A stretch of DNA of 64,000 nt. Source: Bacteroidaceae bacterium. Its GTDB lineage: Bacteria > Bacillota > Clostridia > Oscillospirales > Oscillospiraceae. Under the pieces are notes generated by a model, which saw only the letters and a list, made by a program, of their open reading frames with translations, did not search any database and had not been told where the DNA came from. The stretch's first letter is position 1. Each line of letters starts with the position of its first letter. The stretch is from the NCBI GenBank assembly GCA_963627135.1, contig CAVFZY010000015.1:7382-71381 (forward strand). The letters are read 5' to 3'. Below are positions 1 through 7,188 of this stretch, in pieces. The position numbers and the translations under genes are program-made.

Positions 1-289
1 GCCGAGGCGCGAAACCATATAGTGCGTGAGGGAAAAGCTGCTGCGCATGCCGAGCACATAGATGTTTCTTTGCGCCGCTGATGAGACGGATGGCCTCCTG
101 GATTTCGGAATAGCCGAGCGCGCGGGAGAAGTGGATGACCGTCGTCGTGCTCACGCCGGCCTTGGCCGCGAGCTTTTCAAGCGTCTCAAACGCGACGTCC
201 TCATATTTCTCCTGCACATAGTTTGCCACTTTCCGCTGGGAATACGTCAGGCCGGAATAAGCGGCGCTGATCTTTGCGTCAAACAGTAT
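1..289 (-). CDS. MurR/RpiR-family transcriptional regulator, N-terminal HTH part (3' end lies outside the window; start codon unresolved)
   Basis: Minus frame reads ..ILFDAKISAAYSGLTYSQRKVANYVQEKYEDVAFETLEKLAAKAGVSTTTVIHFSRALGYSEIQEAIRLISG.., the HTH_6 pattern of RpiR regulators. RBS-like AGGGAGGGA at 297-305, but only ATA/CTG codons sit at the expected distance. Confidence 0.6.
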   Translation of the reverse strand, partial: MLFDAKISAAYSGLTYSQRKVANYVQEKYEDVAFETLEKLAAKAGVSTTTVIHFSRALGYSEIQEAIRLISGAKKHLCARHAQQLFPHALYGFAPR

Positions 290-459
290 CCGTGAGTCCC
301 TCCCTCTGGGTGCTGATCGCTTGTGACAAGATGTACCCAGTGTACAACATTTTTCCTGCCATTGCAAGCGGCTGCCCGCGACAGGCAGACCTACACGGCG
401 GGGGGGGACGTGGGCGTGCGGCCGGACTGCCGGTGCTGTAGGGCAGGGGGCGCGCGCGG

Positions 460-488
460 TTGCGCGCGGCGGGAAATCATGGTATGAT
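460..488 (+). promoter_or_regulatory. Promoter TTGCGC-17-TATGAT (TGG upstream of the -10), for the MATE gene
   Basis: -35 at 460-465, -10 at 483-488. Confidence 0.5.
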
Positions 489-518
489 AAACGAACTGTG
501 CGCAAAGGAGGTAGCCCC

Positions 519-1910
519 ATGCGTCTCATCCGCGAGGAAAAAGCCTTCATCCGGGAGGCCGTTTTGCTCATGCTCCCGATGATTTTGCAAAATTTCGTGA
601 CGTTTTCCATGTCCATGGCCGACACGTTCATGGTCGGTGTGCTCGGCGAGACGGCGCTCGCCGCCGTGACGATGGCCAACAGTCCGTTTTACGTCATGCA
701 GCTGATGATCTTCGGCGTGCAGAGCGGCATGAGCGTGCTCGTGGCGCAGTACCACGGCCGCGGTGACCAGGAGGCTATCAACCGCGTGATGGGCATCGCG
801 CTCTTTGTGTCCACGACGACCACGGGCCTGCTCGCCATCACGGCATTCTGCATCCCGGAGCAGATCATGCGCGTGCTCACCAACAATGCCGACCTCGTCG
901 CGCCCGGCGCGGCGTATACGCGTTATGTTGGCTTTTCGTATTTCTTCTCCGCCATCAGCGGCGTGTACATCGCCGCCCAGCGCAGCACGGAAAATCCCCG
1001 CATCGGCGCCGTGCTACTCACCGTGTCCGGCGCGCTGAACATTTTCCTCAACTGGGTGCTCATCTACGGCAAGCTCGGCGCGCCCATGCTCGGCTGCGCG
1101 GGCGCGGCCATCGCCACGCTCATCAGCCGTGCGTTCGAGGTCGCGGTGCTGTGCGTTTATGCCAATGTCAGCCGTCGGCTGCTGCTGATGCCGCGCGCGC
1201 TGCTGCATCCCGGTCGCGTGATCGCAAGGGACTTCGTCAAGTACGCCCTGCCCGTCGTGTGCAACGAGTGTTTGTGGTCGCTCGCGTTTTCGCTCTATAC
1301 GGTCATCATGGGGCATATGGAAAATAACACGCCCATCCTCTCGGCCTACACCATCGCCGGAAATCTGCAGCGCATGCTCACCCCAGCGTCGTTCGCCGCG
1401 GGCGGCGCGGCCGCCGTGCTCATCGGGCGGGAGATCGGCCGCGGCAACCGCGATCAGGTGCAGCGCAAGGCCTGGGTGCTCGACGGGCTGGCGCTGTGTG
1501 TCGGTCTCGTGTGCATGGGCATCATCGCCCTTGTGCGCAATGTGCTGCTGCGGCCGTATATCCTGCCGCTGATGCACATGGAGGGCGCGGCGTGCGACAT
1601 TGCCATGTACATGATGGGGGTGCTGATGCTCGTGCAGCCGGTGTCGAGTGTGAGCCTGACGAACATCGTCGGCGTGCTGCGCGGCGGCGGTGACGTGCGC
1701 TACGCGATGCTGTGCGACGTCGGGCCGCTGTATGCGGTGTGCCTGCCGCTGGCGGCGCTCACGGCGCTTGTGTGGAAGCTCGACATCCGGTATGTGTACC
1801 CGCTCATGTCCATTGACGTGTTTGTGCAGATCTTTCTGTGCGTGCCACGGCTGCGCTCCGGAAAGTGGATCCACGACGTGACCCGCGGTGCCGGCGAACT
1901 GGAGGCATGA
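519..1910 (+). CDS. MATE family efflux transporter
   Basis: 12-TM-like hydrophobic protein with the typical MATE N-terminus (LPMILQNFVTFSMSMADTFMVGVLGETALAAV..QYHGRGD). AAAGGAGG RBS 6 nt before the ATG at 519; the track ORF begins at an upstream GTG at 498. Confidence 0.85.
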   Translation: MRLIREEKAFIREAVLLMLPMILQNFVTFSMSMADTFMVGVLGETALAAVTMANSPFYVMQLMIFGVQSGMSVLVAQYHGRGDQEAINRVMGIALFVSTTTTGLLAITAFCIPEQIMRVLTNNADLVAPGAAYTRYVGFSYFFSAISGVYIAAQRSTENPRIGAVLLTVSGALNIFLNWVLIYGKLGAPMLGCAGAAIATLISRAFEVAVLCVYANVSRRLLLMPRALLHPGRVIARDFVKYALPVVCNECLWSLAFSLYTVIMGHMENNTPILSAYTIAGNLQRMLTPASFAAGGAAAVLIGREIGRGNRDQVQRKAWVLDGLALCVGLVCMGIIALVRNVLLRPYILPLMHMEGAACDIAMYMMGVLMLVQPVSSVSLTNIVGVLRGGGDVRYAMLCDVGPLYAVCLPLAALTALVWKLDIRYVYPLMSIDVFVQIFLCVPRLRSGKWIHDVTRGAGELEA

Positions 1911-1987
1911 CGGCACGAGGGAGAAGGCCTCGCTTGATGCAACCGCTCCTTCGAGGAGAAGGTAGGGGTGCAGGGTGACTGCGTGTC

Positions 1988-2015
1988 TTGACATATTCGC
2001 CAAATGTGGTATTCT
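1988..2015 (+). promoter_or_regulatory. Promoter TTGACA-16-TATTCT (TGG upstream of the -10), for the SulP gene
   Basis: -35 at 1988-1993, -10 at 2010-2015. Leaves a roughly 190-nt leader. Confidence 0.5.
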
Positions 2016-2067
2016 GTTTCTGTTCATTTTGCTAGGTATGATCGGCGCTCAGAAAGAGATAAGCAGC

Positions 2068-2172
2068 ATGAAATACGCATTTGACAACGCCAATCTGATC
2101 GACGGCACAAAGGACATGCGCGTGCAGCCCAATCTGCGCGTGCTGCGCACGCTCCACCTCCTGCTCGTTTGA
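2068..2172 (+). pseudogene. Possible 5' remnant of an amidohydrolase gene (34 codons then stop)
   Basis: MKYAFDNANLIDGTKDMRVQPNLRVL resembles the conserved N-terminus of metal-dependent amidohydrolases, but the frame ends after 34 codons. Confidence 0.25.
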
Positions 2173-2209
2173 GCGAGATACACTCTATATTTTAAAGTCA
2201 GGTGATGCT

Positions 2210-4705
2210 ATGAAAGCGCTTTCCCAGCCGCTGTTCGCCTCCCTGCGCGGGTACGACAGGGCGCAGCTCGGGCCGGATCTGTTCTCCGGCGCGCTCATCG
2301 CGCTGCTGTCCATCCCGATCTCAATGGGCTATGCCCAGCTGGCCGGTCTGCCGCCGGTCTACGGGCTGTACGGGTCGCTGGTGCCGATTTTGCTCTTCGC
2401 GATGCTCAGCACGACGCGGGAGTTCATCTTCGGCGTCGACGCCGCGCCGGCCGCCATGATCGGCGCGGTGCTTACGTCGCTCGGCGTCGCGCCCGGCGGG
2501 GCGGAGGCCATGCGCGTCGTGCCGGTGCTGACGGTGTACGTCGCACTGTGGCTGGCCGTGTTCGCGCTCGTGCGCGCGGACAAGGCCGTCGATTACATCT
2601 CCGAGCCCGTCATGGGCGGGTTCATCAGCGGTGTCTGCTGCGAGATCATCCTCATGCAGGTGCCGAAATTGCTCGGTTCCGGCACCGGCACGGGCGAGCT
2701 CTTTGAGCTGCTGGGGCACATTTTCAACGCGGCGAAGGTCATCAACTGGCCGACTGCCGCGCTCGGCTTTGCGACGCTGGCAATCCTGCTCATCGCGCCG
2801 CGCAAATGGCCGAAGGTGCCGTGGGTGCTCGTGATGATGGTGCTCGGCGGGCTGCTCGGCGCGTTCGCGCCGCTGACTGACTGGGGCGTGGCGCTGCTGG
2901 CCGCCGTGCCGCGCGGCCTGCCGAAGGTCGTGCTGCCGGATCTCACCGCGCTGCCGTTTACCAAAGCGCTCGTGGCGACGCTGCCGGTCGCGGCCGTCAT
3001 TCTGGCCGAGACGCTGCTGGCCTCGGCCGGCACCGCACAGAAAAACAGCTACCGCCTCAACGGCCGCCGCGAGATTGAGGCGTACGCCGTCTGCAACGTC
3101 GCCGCCGGGCTCGTCGGCTGCTGCGTCGTGTCGGGCAGCGTGTCGCGCACGGCCGTCAACGAGCGCAACGGCGGCAAAACGCAGCTCGTGTCCGTCATGG
3201 CGAGCATGACCATGCTCGTCGTGCTGCTCGTCGCCACGCCGCTCATCTGCTTTCTGCCTGTGCCGGTGCTGACGGCCATTGTTGTCAACGCGCTCATCGG
3301 GGCGACGGAGTTCGACATCGCGCGGCGGCTCTGGCGCGTCAACCGTGTGGAGCTCGGCATCTTTGTCGGGGCGTTTCTGGGCGTGCTGCTGCTCGGCGCG
3401 ATCAAGGGCGTGCTCGTGGGCATGGTGCTATCATTCATCGATGTGCTTATGCGCGCGGCAGCACCGCAGCGCACCTTCCTCGGCACGCTGCCGGGCAAGG
3501 CAGGCTTCTTCCCGATCGACCGCGTCAGCGGCGTGCAGGCGCTGCCGCACATCGTGCTCTACCGCTTCAGCGGCAGCCTGTTCTTTGCCAACATCCGCCG
3601 CTTTCAGGAGGACATTGAGGGCGCGGTGCAGCCCAACACGCAGGCCGTCATCGTCGACGGCAGTGCCATCGTGAGCGTGGACATCACCGCGTGCGACCGG
3701 CTCGTCGCGCTCAACCGCAAGCTGCGCGCGCAGGGCGTGCGCTTTTACCTGACCGAGCACATCGGCGAGGTCAACGACCAGCTGCGGCACTTCGAGGCCG
3801 GGGAGCTGATCGAATCCGGCGCCGTGCGCCGCACGATCCAGGGCGCGCTGCGCGATGCCGGTGCAGCTGTCGACATCGGCGGGGCGCAGCAGCGCATCCC
3901 CGACAACATGGACGATATCCGCCAGTTGCAGGAGCTCGAGTGGCTCTACGGCGCGGACGCCGAGGTGCAGATCGAGCGCAACGTGCAGCTCGTGCTCGCG
4001 CGCATGCGCGCAACGGAGGACGTCGACGCCCGCCGCACCATGCTCGAGCATTTTCTCAACGAGGATTTCCACTTCGGCAGCATCGACACCGACGAGGTGC
4101 TGCTGCATTTGGAGGGCCACACGGACGAGCTGGCCGCGCTGCTTGGCAACTCCGAGGACGATGTGTTCACCGACCTCGAGGTCGAGCGCGACAGTCTCAT
4201 CGACCGCGTCGAGCAGGACTATCCCGAGCTCGTCGAGCACGTGCGCGAGCGGCGCGACCACCTTGACCACGACTTCCGCGCCAATCATCCCACGAGCGCG
4301 GCCCGCATTGAGGCCCGCCGCGCGCAGCTGCACGCGCGCATCGAGCGCGAGCGCGCCGAACGCAGCGCTCGCCATGCCCAGCACGCCGCTGAACATCAGG
4401 AGCGGCATGAGCAGCACGTGGCCACGCATCAGGAGCGGCACGCCCAGCACGCCACCGAGCAGCAGCTGCGCTATGAGCAGCAGCTTGAGGCGCGCCTGCG
4501 CCGTCAGGCGGAGGAGCAGGTCGCGCGCGAACAGCGGCAGGCGGCAGAGCTGGCCCGCCGGGCGCAGCACGCGGCCGAAAAGGCCCAGCGTCACGCGAAG
4601 CACGCAGCCGAGCGTGCACAGAAGCAAGCCGATCATCTGGCCGAAAAGGCCCAGCGCCATGCCGAGCGTGCGGCTATCCACAGCCGCCACGACGACAAGG
4701 ATTGA
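2210..4705 (+). CDS. SulP family anion transporter with STAS domain and a long C-terminal charged extension
   Basis: Sulfate-permease-type TM core. STAS segment reads VLYRFSGSLFFANIRRFQEDIE..VDITACDRLVALNRKLRAQGVRFYL. This is followed by about 280 aa of acidic then His/Gln/Arg/Ala-rich sequence. Confidence 0.9.
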   Translation: MKALSQPLFASLRGYDRAQLGPDLFSGALIALLSIPISMGYAQLAGLPPVYGLYGSLVPILLFAMLSTTREFIFGVDAAPAAMIGAVLTSLGVAPGGAEAMRVVPVLTVYVALWLAVFALVRADKAVDYISEPVMGGFISGVCCEIILMQVPKLLGSGTGTGELFELLGHIFNAAKVINWPTAALGFATLAILLIAPRKWPKVPWVLVMMVLGGLLGAFAPLTDWGVALLAAVPRGLPKVVLPDLTALPFTKALVATLPVAAVILAETLLASAGTAQKNSYRLNGRREIEAYAVCNVAAGLVGCCVVSGSVSRTAVNERNGGKTQLVSVMASMTMLVVLLVATPLICFLPVPVLTAIVVNALIGATEFDIARRLWRVNRVELGIFVGAFLGVLLLGAIKGVLVGMVLSFIDVLMRAAAPQRTFLGTLPGKAGFFPIDRVSGVQALPHIVLYRFSGSLFFANIRRFQEDIEGAVQPNTQAVIVDGSAIVSVDITACDRLVALNRKLRAQGVRFYLTEHIGEVNDQLRHFEAGELIESGAVRRTIQGALRDAGAAVDIGGAQQRIPDNMDDIRQLQELEWLYGADAEVQIERNVQLVLARMRATEDVDARRTMLEHFLNEDFHFGSIDTDEVLLHLEGHTDELAALLGNSEDDVFTDLEVERDSLIDRVEQDYPELVEHVRERRDHLDHDFRANHPTSAARIEARRAQLHARIERERAERSARHAQHAAEHQERHEQHVATHQERHAQHATEQQLRYEQQLEARLRRQAEEQVAREQRQAAELARRAQHAAEKAQRHAKHAAERAQKQADHLAEKAQRHAERAAIHSRHDDKD

Positions 4706-4769
4706 GCGCGGGCGCAGATACAAAATACAGTATGAAAGCGGAAGGGACAGCAGTCCCTTCCGTTTTTTG
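4706..4769 (+). repeat. 64-nt terminator-associated element, copy 1
   Basis: GCGCGGGCGCAGATACAAAATACAGTATGAAAGCGGAAGGGACAGCAGTCCCTTCCGTTTTTTG. About 90% identical to the reverse complement of 11147-11209. Confidence 0.9.
4739..4768 (+). terminator. SulP terminator (part of the repeat)
   Basis: CGGAAGGGAC-AGCA-GTCCCTTCCG followed by T6. Confidence 0.85.
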
Positions 4770-4785
4770 CTGCTAGAAGATTGTG

Positions 4786-4814
4786 TAGACAGATACGCTC
4801 ATCATGTGTAAAAT
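4786..4814 (+). promoter_or_regulatory. Sigma-A-like promoter, TAGACA-17-TAAAAT
   Basis: -35 at 4786-4791, 17-nt spacer, -10 at 4809-4814. No CDS lies downstream. Confidence 0.4.
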
Positions 4815-4820
4815 GTGTGT

Positions 4821-4904
4821 CGGACAACATGGCTTCCTCCTTGTGAATGTTCTTGTGGTGATTACATTTTGCACAAGTTGAGCCATGCTGTCTTTTCTTT
4901 TTTC
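4821..4904 (+). ncRNA. Candidate small RNA: long imperfect hairpin exposing UUCCUCC, followed by a U-tract
   Basis: CATGGCT (4828-4834) pairs with AGCCATG (4881-4887). CTTGTGAATGT (4840-4850) pairs with ACATT..CACAAG (4864-4877). TCCTC sits in an internal loop. T-rich tail at 4888-4903. Low third-position GC, so unlikely to be coding. Confidence 0.35.
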
Positions 4905-5218
4905 GGGTGCTGCACTTCAGAGGATGATCTGTCGTTTTTACTGCGCAGCGGGGGGGATGGTGCTGTACGGTACGGTTGGGAACGGCACGGTGTCCCGTTA
5001 CTTTGGCGCTACATCACGCGTGACAAGATTGCCGACCGCTCGCGCCTGCTGAATTTTCAGCGCACTTCCGTCGTTATGTCAACCGGCTTCCGCGCCCTGT
5101 GTCGAATCCCGTCAAATGCATGGCTGGATTCGTCAAAACGTGCCCCAAAAAATTCTTAGCGCCTTCTACGAACGTTTTTTTGTGCGAATGATGTGGCATT
5201 CTGCCGCCTGCGGCGCGC

Positions 5219-5244
5219 AAAAAAGAGCCGCCCTTCCGGACGGC
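5219..5244 (-). terminator. CDF gene terminator
   Basis: Minus strand: GCCGTCC-GGAA-GGGCGGC followed by TCTTTTTT. Confidence 0.7.
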
Positions 5245-5279
5245 CCCTCGCCATGCTTGCGCCAGTATTTCAGCCCGCG

Positions 5280-6170
5280 TCACGCCGGATTGACGTGCAC
5301 GGTGCAGTGCTTCACGTCCGGGTAGTCGTGCTCGAGCTCGTGGTGCACGGCCTCGGCGATGGCGTGTGCGTCCCGCAGCGGCAACGCACCGTCGACCGCG
5401 ATCTCGGCATCGACATACGTCCGGCTGCCGAACAGCCGCGTCTTGAGATCGTCCACGCGCACTACGCCGGGGGTGTGCAACATCGTCTCGCGCATGGCGG
5501 AAACGGTGTCGGCATCGCACGCTCGGTCGACGAGCCGGTCGATGCTCTCGCGGAAGATGCCATAGGCCACCTTGAAGATGAACAGACAGATGACGATCGA
5601 CGCGATGGGGTCAAGGATGGGCACACCGAGCCGCGCGCCGAGCACGCCCGCAAAGCTGCCGATGGACGACAGCGCGTCGGACCGGTGGTGCCACGCCTCG
5701 GCCTTGAGCGACACGGAGCGGATGCGCCCCGCCGCCGCGATCGTATACCAGTACAGCCCCTCCTTGACGACGATGGATACGACCGCCGCAATGAGCGCGA
5801 GCACGCCAGGGGCAGCCAGTGTCTCACCGCGGACGATCTTCATCAAGCCCGCGTAGCCGATGGCGGCGCCTACGACCACGAGAATATTGCCCAGCAGGAT
5901 GGACGCGATGCACTCGAGCTTTTCATGCCCGTAGGGGTGGCTGGCGTCGGCCGCCTTGTGGGAAAAGACCGCGCCGAGCATCACGATCAGCGAGCCGAGA
6001 ATGTCGGACGCCGAGTGCACAGCATCGGCCACCATGGCCGACGAGTGCGCCACGATGCCGGCGACGAGCTTGAACACCGTCAGGACCGCATTGCACACGA
6101 TGCCGACGGTGGACACCTGCATGGTCACGCGCTTGGCGTCATCGGGTGTGGAGGAAGTGCGTGCGCGCAT
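5280..6170 (-). CDS. Cation diffusion facilitator (CDF) family metal efflux transporter
   Basis: CDF signatures HSSAMVADAVHSASD and HPYGHEKLE, plus a C-terminal cytoplasmic domain. AAGGAG RBS before the ATG at 6170. Confidence 0.9.
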   Translation of the reverse strand: MRARTSSTPDDAKRVTMQVSTVGIVCNAVLTVFKLVAGIVAHSSAMVADAVHSASDILGSLIVMLGAVFSHKAADASHPYGHEKLECIASILLGNILVVVGAAIGYAGLMKIVRGETLAAPGVLALIAAVVSIVVKEGLYWYTIAAAGRIRSVSLKAEAWHHRSDALSSIGSFAGVLGARLGVPILDPIASIVICLFIFKVAYGIFRESIDRLVDRACDADTVSAMRETMLHTPGVVRVDDLKTRLFGSRTYVDAEIAVDGALPLRDAHAIAEAVHHELEHDYPDVKHCTVHVNPA

Positions 6171-6191
6171 AAATAAAGACTCCTTTCGCAC

Positions 6192-6230
6192 AAAAAAAGC
6201 GCCTGTGGGGCATATGAGTCCCACAGACGC
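6192..6230 (-). terminator. Intrinsic terminator inside the CDF leader (expression platform)
   Basis: GCGUCUGUGGG-loop-CCCACAGGCGC followed by U7, 21 nt before the RBS. Confidence 0.7.
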
Positions 6231-6293
6231 GGTGATATCCTGTCTGCTGCGGCGCGGACGCCGCCCGGCCGTTTCGGCCTGTCATTAGCAGCG
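6231..6293 (-). promoter_or_regulatory. Structured 5' leader (three-helix junction); candidate metal-sensing czcD/NiCo-type riboswitch aptamer
   Basis: Minus-strand RNA has P1 CUGCU/AGCAG, P2 GGCCG-AAA-CGGCC and P3 GCGGCG-UCCG-CGCCGC. ACAGG occurs at both junction sides, and GGGC lies between P2 and P3. It sits directly upstream of a CDF gene. Confidence 0.4.
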
Positions 6294-6322
6294 AGTATAG
6301 CACGCGCGCGGCCGGCCGTCAA
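6294..6322 (-). promoter_or_regulatory. Promoter of the CDF leader, TTGACG-17-TATACT
   Basis: -35 at 6322-6317, -10 at 6299-6294 (minus strand). Confidence 0.6.
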
Positions 6323-6339
6323 GCGGTATGTTCGGTTTT

Positions 6340-6966
6340 TTATCTGTGCAGCCAGTGCACGCCGGCGCGGCGGAGCTTCGCGCCGAGGATGAGCGCGATC
6401 TGCACCGGGATGCCGACGAAGAACACGGCCCAGATGTTGTACTGCAGGTACTGGAAGTAGAACGCCGTGATCGTGCTCCACACGAACAGGGACGAAAACA
6501 CGCACTGCAGCGTTATCTCGCCCTCCCAGTGACGGGCGAAGAGCCCTGCCACGGCGAACGACACCGGCACTGCCCACACGAACGCCATCCAGTACATTTT
6601 GCCGATGCTGAACTGCGAATACAGAAACACCACGACCGCCACAACCCACACCATCGTCACCCACATGGCGGCGATGAGCACCTTGGGCATGAGATAGACG
6701 TCGCGCTGCTTTTCGCCGCTGGCCTCTGCGGCCTCGGCGCGCGCGGCTGCTACGCCGCCATCTGTCAGCAGATCGTCCACGCGCAGGCCGTAGAGGTCGG
6801 CGATGGTCTTGAGCATGACAGCGTCGGGCAGGGAATCGCCCCGCTCCCACTTAGACACGGCCTTGTCGGAGTAATTGAACTGCGCGGCAAACTCGGCCTG
6901 GGTCAGGTTTTCTTCTTTTCTCAGCTCGGCAAGGTTGGCGGCGAGCGCGCCTCTCACATCATTCAT
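6340..6966 (-). CDS. XRE-family HTH protein with C-terminal transmembrane helices
   Basis: N-terminus LRKEENLTQAEFAAQFNYSDKAVSKWERGDSLPDAVMLKTIADLYGLRVDDLL is an HTH_3 pattern. About four hydrophobic helices follow. Confidence 0.85.
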   Translation of the reverse strand: MNDVRGALAANLAELRKEENLTQAEFAAQFNYSDKAVSKWERGDSLPDAVMLKTIADLYGLRVDDLLTDGGVAAARAEAAEASGEKQRDVYLMPKVLIAAMWVTMVWVVAVVVFLYSQFSIGKMYWMAFVWAVPVSFAVAGLFARHWEGEITLQCVFSSLFVWSTITAFYFQYLQYNIWAVFFVGIPVQIALILGAKLRRAGVHWLHR

Positions 6967-6972
6967 GCTATG

Positions 6973-7001
6973 AGTATACCACGCCGGGCATTCGGCCGCA
7001 A
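6973..7001 (-). promoter_or_regulatory. Promoter TTGCGG-17-TATACT placed 6 nt from the ATG (leaderless mRNA predicted)
   Basis: -35 at 7001-6996, -10 at 6978-6973, ATG at 6966. No SD sequence lies between them. Confidence 0.5.
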
Positions 7002-7188
7002 GAGGCGCGTTTTTACCTAAATCATGGAATTCTCCCGTTGGTAGAATCGCCTTCTCCCAATGTTTCTACCGCTCGCGCGCGCGGAGGATGCATTTAAAAA
7101 GAGCCTGCCGTATAATAAAGCCATGAAGAAATGTGATTTTCCTGACGATGTGCACGTCAGGTATCACCTGCAAGGGAGATCGATATTC

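Noticed and set aside
1975-2172. 65-aa ORF taken as an intact gene
   Set aside because: Its upstream half overlaps the predicted SulP promoter. Only the last 34 codons resemble anything (an amidohydrolase N-terminus). It is therefore listed only as a possible remnant.
4633-4830. 65-codon minus-strand ORF preceded by a perfect AAGGAGG-5 nt-ATG
   Set aside because: It has low third-position GC, runs through the SulP terminator hairpin, and overlaps the SulP 3' end. The second copy of the shared repeat (11.15 kb) does not preserve this frame or a start codon. The SD-like run is better read as an anti-SD (CCUCC) on the plus-strand RNA candidate.
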